Shown piece by piece: positions 56,504 through 64,000 of a stretch of 64,000 bases of DNA (within the stretch, counting starts at the first letter, position 1; every line of letters starts with the position of its first letter). The stretch is from Acidimicrobiales bacterium (lineage in GTDB: Bacteria > Actinomycetota > Acidimicrobiia > Acidimicrobiales > WLNW01). The notes under the pieces are model-generated. The model saw only the letters and a program-made list of their open reading frames with translations, was not told where the DNA came from and did no database searches. The stretch is from the NCBI GenBank assembly GCA_039934635.1, contig JBDTLT010000011.1:5118-69117 (forward strand). The letters are read 5' to 3'. The translations under genes and the position numbers were made by a program.

Positions 56504-56692
56504 GTGAAGCTCTTCCCTCGTAAGCGTCACCCTTCCATCGAGACCGACCCCGAACTACGCGCCGCGTTCGACGATCCTCGAGAAGCCACCCGCGAGGCCG
56601 CCGACGACTTCGACGACGACGCGTTCGCACGCGCCATCGAGGAAGGACGGGCCCGCGATCCCGAGGGCTACGGCGACCAAAAGATCGCCTGA
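56504..56692 (+). CDS. Small acidic hypothetical protein (62 aa)
   Basis: SD gagg then GTG; MKLFPRKRHPSIETDPELRAAFDDP... Confidence 0.5.
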   Translation: MKLFPRKRHPSIETDPELRAAFDDPREATREAADDFDDDAFARAIEEGRARDPEGYGDQKIA

Positions 56693-56748
56693 GGGCCGGT
56701 CGCCGTCTACCCTTCGTCCCCGGGCGAACGAGAGCGGAGACCGAGCCA

Positions 56749-57726
56749 GTGCAACAGAACAAGTTCGACGTGGTTGGCGTCGGCAACGCGATTGTCGATG
56801 TCATCTCCAACGTCGACGACGACTTCGTGGCTCGGCACGGGCTCAACAAGGGCGCGATGACGCTCATCGACCAGGAGCGCGCCATCGAGCTCTATGCCTC
56901 CATGCCACCGGGCATCGAGGCGTCCGGTGGGTCCGCGGCCAACACGATGGCCGGTCTGGCCTCCTTCGGGGGGCGAGCGGGCTACATCGGCAAGGTTCGC
57001 GACGACCAGCTCGGTGACGTCTTCCGCCACGACATCCGCGCGAGCGGGGTGGCCTACGACGTCGATCCGGGCAATTCCGGCCCGTCGACCGCTCGGTGCC
57101 TCATCCAGGTGACACCCGACGCGCAACGCACGATGAACACCTTTCTCGGCATTTCCGCGCTGTTGAGCCCCGACGACGTCGACGCCGACCTCGTCGCTTC
57201 GGCGAGCGTCGTCTATTGCGAGGGCTACCTGTGGGACGTCGACATCGCCAAACAGGCGATTCGCAAGGCGATGGACATCGCCCAGCAGGCTGGCCGCAAG
57301 GTCGCCTTGACGCTGTCCGACTCGTTCTGCGTCGACCGCCACCGAGGTGAGTGGCGCGAGCTCATCAGGGACAAGGTCGACATCGTGTTCGCCAACGAGG
57401 CCGAGCTCTGCGCGCTGTACGAATGCGACTGGACGAATGCAGCGCGTCACATCACGGCCGAGGTCGAGGTCGGCTGCCTGACGCGCAGCGAGCGGGGCTC
57501 CACGATCGTGGTGGGCCGCGAGCGCTTCGATGTCGACGCGCATCCCGTCCACCGCGTGGTCGATACCACCGGCGCCGGCGACCTCTACGCGTCGGGCTTC
57601 CTGTTCGGCTACACCCGCGGTTACGACATGCGCCGCTGCGCCGAGCTGGCCGGCCTCGCGGCGGCCGAGATCATCGGCCACCTGGGCGCCCGCCCGGCCC
57701 GGCCCCTCACCGCACTGGTCGGCTGA
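56749..57726 (+). CDS. Adenosine kinase (PfkB family)
   Basis: GVGNAIVD, GGSAANT, QRTMNTFLG, EGYLWD, FANEAE, VDTTGAGDLYASGF. Confidence 0.92.
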   Translation: MQQNKFDVVGVGNAIVDVISNVDDDFVARHGLNKGAMTLIDQERAIELYASMPPGIEASGGSAANTMAGLASFGGRAGYIGKVRDDQLGDVFRHDIRASGVAYDVDPGNSGPSTARCLIQVTPDAQRTMNTFLGISALLSPDDVDADLVASASVVYCEGYLWDVDIAKQAIRKAMDIAQQAGRKVALTLSDSFCVDRHRGEWRELIRDKVDIVFANEAELCALYECDWTNAARHITAEVEVGCLTRSERGSTIVVGRERFDVDAHPVHRVVDTTGAGDLYASGFLFGYTRGYDMRRCAELAGLAAAEIIGHLGARPARPLTALVG

Positions 57727-57740
57727 CCGCTCGCAGCGTG

Positions 57741-57761
57741 CGATAATAACCGTTATCATCG
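57741..57761. promoter_or_regulatory. Palindromic operator immediately upstream of the TetR gene
   Basis: CGATAATAAC-C-GTTATCATCG (9/10 arm symmetry), ending 5 nt before ATG 57767. Confidence 0.7.
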
Positions 57762-57766
57762 GGTCG

Positions 57767-58372
57767 ATGGACCCGAATGGTGACGACACCCGCGCCCGCC
57801 TGCTGCGGGCGGCGGCCGACGTGTTCGCCGAGCGCGGCTATGCCGGTGCGGGCGTCGCCGAGATCGCCCGCCGCGCCGGGCTGACCACGGGTGCCATCTA
57901 CAGCCAGTTCGCGGACAAGTCGGGGTTGCTGCTCGAAGCCATCGACGCCGTGTCGACCCACGAGGTGCGCGCCGTGCTGCAAGGCGCGCGTCCGCCGCAC
58001 GATCGAGCGACCGACATCTTGGCCACGATCGGCAGCCACCTCGTCGAGCCCGCCACCGACGGCGGACAGTCGCTATTGCTCGAAGCGTTCGTGGCTGCGA
58101 GACGTGATCCCGAGCTCGCAGCCATGTTGCGCCAGCGCATCGGCGATCAAGACCATTGGTTGGCCAAGTTGGTCGATGCGGCAAAAGCCGATGGCACCGT
58201 CGACCCCGCGCTCGATACCGATGCGATCGTGACGTTGTGCCATTCGATCGCGCTGGGCTTCCTGCTCTTCCGCTCGATCGAACGTGAACTGCCGTCGCCG
58301 GTGGCGTGGCGCGACGTCATCGATCGACTCGTCGTCGCCGCCGCGACCAATTCGTTACAGATGGAGACATGA
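57767..58372 (+). CDS. TetR/AcrR family transcriptional regulator
   Basis: TRARLLRAA..VFAERGY....VAEIARRAGLTTGAIYSQF..K..LL. Confidence 0.93.
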   Translation: MDPNGDDTRARLLRAAADVFAERGYAGAGVAEIARRAGLTTGAIYSQFADKSGLLLEAIDAVSTHEVRAVLQGARPPHDRATDILATIGSHLVEPATDGGQSLLLEAFVAARRDPELAAMLRQRIGDQDHWLAKLVDAAKADGTVDPALDTDAIVTLCHSIALGFLLFRSIERELPSPVAWRDVIDRLVVAAATNSLQMET

Positions 58373-58373
58373 C

Positions 58374-59480
58374 ATGTCCGAGCAATTCATGGACCGCGAT
58401 GTCAACGATGTCGAAGCGATCATCGCAGTCGTCAACACCGATGTCGATGCCGTCGAGCATTCCGTTGCCGATCATGCCGAGGCCATCTTCACGTGGGACT
58501 ACGAGAAGGGCGCGCGACCGGCGCTGCAAAAGCTTTACGAAAAGGCCAAGCGCAGTCAATGGAATGTCGAGACCGACATCGACTGGTCGATCGACGTCGA
58601 CCCTGCGCATGTATTGGCGTTCTTGACCGACGGCAAGGGCGAGGCGATACCGCGGTCGATTCGCGAGAACCCGGATCTGCCGATGCGGCTCTGGGGCGAC
58701 GCCGAATGGGTCGAGTTCGGTATCGAATCGCTCAACTGGCGTATCTCGCAGTTCCTGCACGGCGAACAAGGCGCGCTGATGTGCACTGCCAAGATCGTCG
58801 AGACCTGCCCGTGGATCGACGCCAAGTACTACGCGGCGACGCAGGTGATGGACGAGGCGCGCCACGTCGAGGTCTTCGCCAAGTATCAGCGAACCAAGCT
58901 CACCGGCTCGTATCCCGTAAACCCCCACCTTCGTTCACTGCTCGACGACATCATCTCGGACAGCCGCTGGGACGTGACCTACCTCGGCATGCAGATTATG
59001 GTCGAGGGCCTGGCGCTGGCCGCGTTCGGGTTCATGTACAACTTCGCCGACGACCCGTTGATCAAGCAGATCTTGAAGTACGTGATGAGCGACGAGGCCC
59101 GGCACGTCGCGTTCGGTGTCATCACGCTGAAAGAGTTCTACGAACAACTCAGTGCCGCGGAGATCAAAGAGCGCCAAGAGTTCGCGTTCGACGCCGCCGT
59201 GCGCATGCGCAACCGATTCCTGCAGCAGGAAGTGTGGGAGCGAATGGGCGTCGATGTGCGCCGCGTCGTCCACGGCATGCTCAACGTGCCGCCCGACGAC
59301 CTCATCTTCCAACAGATGTTGTTCTCCAAGATCGTCCCGAACTGTCGCAAGCTGGGGCTGCTCGATGCGGGCGACGGGTGGCTGCGCCAAAAATTCACCG
59401 AAATAGGTGTGATCCAGTACGAACACCACGCCGACACCGAGGAGGAGTACGAGACGTTCGAGGCGGTCACAGCGGCATGA
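58374..59480 (+). CDS. Ferritin-like diiron protein (AurF/N-oxygenase-like)
   Basis: QFLHGEQGAL, DEARHVEVF, IMVEGLA, DEARHVAFG: two ExxH diiron motifs. Confidence 0.88.
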   Translation: MSEQFMDRDVNDVEAIIAVVNTDVDAVEHSVADHAEAIFTWDYEKGARPALQKLYEKAKRSQWNVETDIDWSIDVDPAHVLAFLTDGKGEAIPRSIRENPDLPMRLWGDAEWVEFGIESLNWRISQFLHGEQGALMCTAKIVETCPWIDAKYYAATQVMDEARHVEVFAKYQRTKLTGSYPVNPHLRSLLDDIISDSRWDVTYLGMQIMVEGLALAAFGFMYNFADDPLIKQILKYVMSDEARHVAFGVITLKEFYEQLSAAEIKERQEFAFDAAVRMRNRFLQQEVWERMGVDVRRVVHGMLNVPPDDLIFQQMLFSKIVPNCRKLGLLDAGDGWLRQKFTEIGVIQYEHHADTEEEYETFEAVTAA

Positions 59481-60313
59481 GCAAACGCTGCTTCACCGTC
59501 GAGGTGACCGATCGCGTCGGGCACATCGTTCTTGCGCGACCCGACGAACTCAACACCATGATCCCCGCGTTCTGGAGCGAGCTGCCGACCATCGTCAACG
59601 AGCTCAGCGATTCCGGAGAGGTGCGGGTGATCGTCGTCTCGTCGAGCGGCAAGCACTTCACCGCCGGCATGGATCTGTCCGTGTTCGGTGGTGACCATTT
59701 GGCGGGCACGGGCGAAGTCGGTCGCGTGCGCGCCAACCTCCGGCTGAATGTGCTGCACCTGCAAGAGGCGTTCACCGCCTTCGAGCGCGCCCGCGTGCCG
59801 GTGATCGCCGCAGTGCAGGGCGGGTGCATCGGCGGCGGCGTCGACATGGTGTGCGCGTGCGACATGCGCTACGCGACCGCCGACGCGTTCTTCTGCATCC
59901 AAGAGATCAACATCGGCATGACCGCCGACGTCGGCACGCTGCAGCGCCTGCCCAAGTTGATCCCAGAGGCGATCGCACGCGAATACGCGTACACCGGACG
60001 ACGCCTGCCCGCGGCCCGCGCCTACGAGCTCGGGTTCGTCAACGGTGTCTACGACACGCACGACCAGATGATCGAAGGCGTGATGGCAGTCGCCCACGAG
60101 ATCGCGGCGCGCTCACCGCTGGCGGTGTGGGGATCCAAAGAGATGATCACCTACGCGCGCGATCACTCCGTGGCCGACGGCCTCAACTACATCGCGACAT
60201 GGCAGACGGGCATGTTCCAACCGGCCGACATGACCGAGGCGTTTGTCGCCCGTGCCGAGAAACGTGACCCGCTCTACGACGACCTCTACCCGGTGCGGCG
60301 CGGGCTCGAATAG
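59477..60313 (+). CDS. Crotonase family protein (dienoyl-CoA isomerase ECH1-like)
   Basis: FTAGMDL, VIAAVQGGCIGGGVD, EINIGMTADVGTLQRLP; ATGA overlap with the diiron gene. Confidence 0.9.
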   Translation: MSKRCFTVEVTDRVGHIVLARPDELNTMIPAFWSELPTIVNELSDSGEVRVIVVSSSGKHFTAGMDLSVFGGDHLAGTGEVGRVRANLRLNVLHLQEAFTAFERARVPVIAAVQGGCIGGGVDMVCACDMRYATADAFFCIQEINIGMTADVGTLQRLPKLIPEAIAREYAYTGRRLPAARAYELGFVNGVYDTHDQMIEGVMAVAHEIAARSPLAVWGSKEMITYARDHSVADGLNYIATWQTGMFQPADMTEAFVARAEKRDPLYDDLYPVRRGLE

Positions 60314-60321
60314 CGGACCGC

Positions 60322-60927
60322 TCAGTCTTCGTCGGATTGGTCAGGCGGGCGATAAGTGAACTTGAGGTCGCCGAGGCGAACGAGTGTCGAGCTGATCCAT
60401 CCGCCCATCGCGGAGAAGTCTTTGTCGAGCGCCGTGCCGTCGGACAGGCCTTCTTCTTCGAGCTCGTAGGTGCCCTCGTAGGAAACCTCGATGGCGTACT
60501 CGGGGTCGGTCTCGTCGCCGGTGAAGATGGTCTCGAGCGTGTGGCCGATGCGCGAGAGCGACTCGGTGCCGATCGGCGGGCTGGCTTCGGGAAGCACCGA
60601 CAGCACCTGCTGAGGGTCGACCGGCTCGGCCAGCCGTTGGATGCGCAGCACGATCTCGATGTCGATGCGCGGCGGCTCGTCGACCGATTCTCCGATGTAC
60701 CAGTTGCGATACGAGGTCTGCGACCACGTCGGCCACAGCAGGCTGATGTCGGCGCGAACGCGCGGGGGTAGGCCTTCACCGGGCAGGCCGTAGGTCGTTT
60801 CCCACGTGGTGTCACCGAGGAGGATGTCGGTCTGAAACCGTTCTTCGAATGCCTGGCGTTCGAGGAGGGCGTTTTCGAGCGCCTCGCGGAGCGCGCCGAT
60901 GGCATCGGTGAATACGTGGTCGAGCAT
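60322..60927 (-). CDS. Hypothetical acidic protein
   Basis: Clean 201-aa ORF with typical codon bias; no motif recognised. Confidence 0.75.
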   Translation of the reverse strand: MLDHVFTDAIGALREALENALLERQAFEERFQTDILLGDTTWETTYGLPGEGLPPRVRADISLLWPTWSQTSYRNWYIGESVDEPPRIDIEIVLRIQRLAEPVDPQQVLSVLPEASPPIGTESLSRIGHTLETIFTGDETDPEYAIEVSYEGTYELEEEGLSDGTALDKDFSAMGGWISSTLVRLGDLKFTYRPPDQSDED

Positions 60928-60970
60928 GCCGCATTGAGGCTACCGGTGCTGGCTGTGCCACGATGCGCGA

Positions 60971-61792
60971 ATGGCAACAGATCCTTTTCGGCTGGCCGAG
61001 GAGGCCGCAGAGTCGCTGCGCAGTCGCTTCAACGGTGCTCAGCCTGACGTGGCCGTGGTGCTCGGGTCGGGTTGGGGCCCGGCCGCGGACGGGCTGGGCG
61101 ATTCGTTGGCAGAGTTCCCCGCAGAAGAGATGCCGGGGTTCCTGCCGTCGACCGTGCCCGGCCATGGCGGCACCGTGCGGCTCGCGCGCGCGGGTCGACG
61201 CGACGTCTTGATTTTCAAGGGGCGTGTGCATCTCTACGAGGGGCACGATCCGTCGGTCGTCGTGCACGGCGTGCGCACTGCGATCCTCGCCGGTTGTCGC
61301 ATCGTATTGCTCACCAACGCCGCCGGGTCGATCAACGCGGACTTCCCGGTGGGTACACCGGTCACGTTGAGCGATCACATCAACCTCACGGCGCGCTCGC
61401 CGCTTTTCGGCCCGCCGCCACCATCGCCTTACGGCATTCGTTTTGTCGACCTCACCGAGGCGTACTCGTTGCGCTTGCGCGCGATCGCACGCGAGGTCGA
61501 CGCGGGCGTCGGCGAAGGCGTCTATGCCGCGCTGCTTGGACCCAACTACGAAACGCCCGCGGAGATTCGCATGCTGCGTCTGTTGGGCGCTGATCTCGTG
61601 GGCATGTCGACGGCGCTCGAATGCATCGCGGCGCGCCATCTCGGCGCCGAAGTGATGGGCCTGTCGCTCGTGACCAATCTGGCCGCCGGCCTCGGTGCAG
61701 CCACCCTCGACCACGCAGAGGTCGTCGAAGCCGGTGCCGCCGCGGGCGATCGAGTCGGCCGTCTGCTGCGCGGCGTCATCGACCGCGCATAG
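60971..61792 (+). CDS. punA: Purine nucleoside phosphorylase (PNP, family 2)
   Basis: VVLGSGWG, GH.G, GRVHLYEG, LTNAAG, GP.YETPAE, GADLVGMST..E, TNLAAG. Confidence 0.95.
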   Translation: MATDPFRLAEEAAESLRSRFNGAQPDVAVVLGSGWGPAADGLGDSLAEFPAEEMPGFLPSTVPGHGGTVRLARAGRRDVLIFKGRVHLYEGHDPSVVVHGVRTAILAGCRIVLLTNAAGSINADFPVGTPVTLSDHINLTARSPLFGPPPPSPYGIRFVDLTEAYSLRLRAIAREVDAGVGEGVYAALLGPNYETPAEIRMLRLLGADLVGMSTALECIAARHLGAEVMGLSLVTNLAAGLGAATLDHAEVVEAGAAAGDRVGRLLRGVIDRA

Positions 61793-61908
61793 CTATGGGC
61801 CGTCACTCGGTTGGCGGTTGATTTCTGAATTCCGGGAGCATGTCTGGCAACACGTCGGTCATCCGGTGCAATGTAACTACCAGCCTCAGTCACAGGAAGA
61901 GAGTCGAC

Positions 61909-62319
61909 ATGAGCACTGTCGTATGGCGTCGTCCCGATGGGGGGCCTTCGCTCGACCCGCGGACCGTGATCCACATCGATGAGGTGTTGCCGGCCGAGCA
62001 CGAAGGCGCTTCGGCCATCACCCTGCAGCCGCTGACCGGTCCCGAGTGCGGCCTCACCGTATTGATCTTCACGTTCCCGCCGAATTACGTGGGCAAGGTG
62101 CACTCACACCCGACCGATACCGTCTATGTGATCCGGCGCGGTGAGTTCATCGTGCACGGCGAGGGGACCTTCAGGGAAGGCGACATCCGGTGGGTCAAGT
62201 CGGGAACGCCGTACGGGCCCGAATCAGCCGGCCCCGAGGGCTGCGAAGTCATGCTGATCGGCGCGGGCAAGTTTCCACTGCCGACCCAAGTCGCCGACGC
62301 CGCCGCACCCCACACGTGA
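61909..62319 (+). CDS. Cupin domain protein (ChrR-like)
   Basis: HSHPTDTVYVI..G, GD.RWV..G..YGPE; SD aggaagag. Confidence 0.75.
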   Translation: MSTVVWRRPDGGPSLDPRTVIHIDEVLPAEHEGASAITLQPLTGPECGLTVLIFTFPPNYVGKVHSHPTDTVYVIRRGEFIVHGEGTFREGDIRWVKSGTPYGPESAGPEGCEVMLIGAGKFPLPTQVADAAAPHT

Positions 62320-62356
62320 AGCTGCGCGCGAATGGTGCCCGCCGCGAATCTCTTTT

Positions 62357-62397
62357 CGCGGCGAAGCCGCCAATCCGTTGCGGCGGAGCCGCACAAG
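62357..62397. repeat. REP-like double-hairpin repeat (between convergent cupin and Qng1 genes)
   Basis: cgcggcgaagccgccaatccgttgcggcggagccgcacaag; hairpins GCGGC-GAA-GCCGC and GCGGC-GGA-GCCGC. Confidence 0.9.
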
Positions 62398-62401
62398 AAG
62401 G

Positions 62402-63361
62402 TCAGTAGAAGACGGTGCGCGAGCGGTGGCGGGGGATGGCTTTGTAGCGCGCGCCGGCGCCGCGATTCCACAGCACAGAATCGATCTCGCCGGATGTCAT
62501 CGACGCGCCGAGTGCGGTGACCGTTTGTTGCAGCAATTCGACCGCGTGCAGGCCCACTGCGCGGATCTCGACTTCGGGTTCTGAGCCGGCCTCGATGTTG
62601 TCGACCCGCTCGATCCGCGCCAGGAGGTCGTCGGAAAAGCGAAGGACACCGTCGACACGCAACACGTGAGGGACGAGGTTGTCGGCGAACATCGTCAGGC
62701 GATGCAGATCGTCGAACCGCGCCAATTCGTTGTCGGCGAATGCCTGCGCGAGGTCGAACGCAGTGATCTGCGCGCGCTTGTACAGCGGCACCGACAGGCC
62801 TCGGTACGTCGCAACGTCACGAAAGAACGGCATCCGATCGAGTTGCTCGACGAGGCTTGCCGCGGAGTGATCCGCCGAACGCACGAACGTCACGAAGGAG
62901 TCGTCGAACCCGCCGACGAATTCGCCGAGGTCGCGCAGCGCGGTAGCGAAGAGCCTCATCAGTTCTTGTGCGAGCTCGGTATCGGGTTGGTCGAAAATCT
63001 CGTTGCAGGTGCCGATATCGACGCGGCGCAGCCAGGGGCCGGTGATGGGCCCGTGCCCGGTCACCCGATCGCGCAGCGCGGCGGCGACCGTGTGATACCC
63101 CGACATACCGTCGCGTTTGCGGAGGTAGGGAAAATAGCCCGATCCGAAGTTGATGGCGTCCAGAGCGATCACGAACGCGGCCGCAGACTCGTCGTCACCG
63201 ACGCGTTGCCGTCCCGGATCTTCGGCCGCGACCTGGCCGTCTGCCTGCAACAAGGTGCGCGCGTAGCGATCAAGTCGCTCGTGGTCGATGTGAACATACG
63301 TGGCTTGTGCGGTTACCTGAGCACATGCCGTGCGGATCCGCGCGAGCACATCCGTTGTCAT
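62402..63361 (-). CDS. qng1: Queuosine salvage protein (queuosine 5'-phosphate N-glycosylase/hydrolase, DUF2419/Qng1)
   Basis: LDAINFGSG, FRD...Y.G..V..YKRAQI, LTMFADNLVPHVLR..GVL, EVEIRA, D..LW; TAGCCT 7 nt upstream of ATG 63361. Confidence 0.85.
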   Translation of the reverse strand: MTTDVLARIRTACAQVTAQATYVHIDHERLDRYARTLLQADGQVAAEDPGRQRVGDDESAAAFVIALDAINFGSGYFPYLRKRDGMSGYHTVAAALRDRVTGHGPITGPWLRRVDIGTCNEIFDQPDTELAQELMRLFATALRDLGEFVGGFDDSFVTFVRSADHSAASLVEQLDRMPFFRDVATYRGLSVPLYKRAQITAFDLAQAFADNELARFDDLHRLTMFADNLVPHVLRVDGVLRFSDDLLARIERVDNIEAGSEPEVEIRAVGLHAVELLQQTVTALGASMTSGEIDSVLWNRGAGARYKAIPRHRSRTVFY

Positions 63362-63379
63362 TCGGGTAAGGCTAGGGGC

Positions 63380-64000
63380 ATGGACCTGCCCGACGACCTC
63401 AAACCGGCCGTACACGGATGGCTGGCGCACGATCCTGACCCTGTGACGAGAGCCGAGATCGAGTCGTTACTGGCGGCGAAGGACCTCGATGGCCTGCACG
63501 CCCGCTTCGACGAGCGACTGGTCTTCGGCACCGCGGGGCTACGCGGCGAGCTGGGCGCCGGCCCCAATCGCATGAACCGGGTGGTCGTGCGCATGGCGGC
63601 CGCGGCGTTGGTGCGCCATCTACTGGCCGAAGGCAAGAAGCGTCCGTCGATCGTCATCGGCTTCGATGCCCGTCGCAATTCACGCGTGTTCGCGCGCGAT
63701 AGCGCCGCGGTCATCGCATCGTTGGGTGGGCACGCGATCGCGCTCGAAGGCCCGTTGCCGACGCCGGTGCTGGCGTTCGCAGTGCGCCGTCTCGCGGCTG
63801 ACGCGGGCGTCATGGTGACGGCGTCGCACAACCCGCCGAAGGACAACGGGTACAAGGTCTACCTGGCCGATGGTGCACAGCTGATTCCGCCCCACGATGT
63901 CGAGATCGAGGAGCTGATCGCCAACTCGTCGCTGCCCGACGCTCATATCCCGCCTCCCTCGGCCGGCGGGCACATCGAGAACTATCGCGGCGACATCATC
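63380..64000 (+). CDS. Phospho-sugar mutase (PGM/PMM/phosphopentomutase family), partial
   Basis: FGTAGLRG..G.GPNRMN, IGFDAR.NS..FA, LPTP.LAF, VTASHNPPKDNGYKVY (catalytic Ser). Confidence 0.93.
   Translation, partial: MDLPDDLKPAVHGWLAHDPDPVTRAEIESLLAAKDLDGLHARFDERLVFGTAGLRGELGAGPNRMNRVVVRMAAAALVRHLLAEGKKRPSIVIGFDARRNSRVFARDSAAVIASLGGHAIALEGPLPTPVLAFAVRRLAADAGVMVTASHNPPKDNGYKVYLADGAQLIPPHDVEIEELIANSSLPDAHIPPPSAGGHIENYRGDII

Overview
High-GC (about 66% by eye) actinobacterial DNA. Gene content and the many leaderless TANNNT promoters suggest Acidimicrobiia or a similar lineage (inference). It is densely coding chromosomal DNA, and I found no rRNA, tRNA, CRISPR array, transposase or phage genes. 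Main content: (i) a SUF Fe-S biogenesis locus split into two convergent operons with two intact sufC paralogs, an uncharacterised 4-Cys protein between sufB and sufD, and a shared 26-bp palindromic operator-like motif in front of sufB, sufD and sufC2; (ii) many steroid/lipid catabolism homologs (7 acyl-CoA dehydrogenases, Rv3521/ltp4/ltp3-like cluster, FadD17-like ligase, CYP125/142-like P450, ferredoxin and reductase, ADH, crotonases, SDRs); (iii) gmd/fcl fucose genes with a sugar transferase; (iv) housekeeping genes (aqpZ, P-II, hrpB, pepN, adenosine kinase, PNP, Qng1 queuosine salvage, phosphomutase). The standout is a gene the ORF track truncates: an ArsC arsenate reductase (39379-39741) whose catalytic Cys12 codon is an in-frame TGA followed by a SECIS-like hairpin with a GGUC loop, i.e. 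a probable selenoprotein. It sits in an apparent operon with a domain-fused acyl-CoA ligase and a Rieske oxygenase. Also noted: a candidate multi-hairpin ncRNA or micropeptide leader (about 13990-14200), a REP-like repeat family and long hairpins between convergent genes. All annotations come from reading motifs by eye; no database searches were run.
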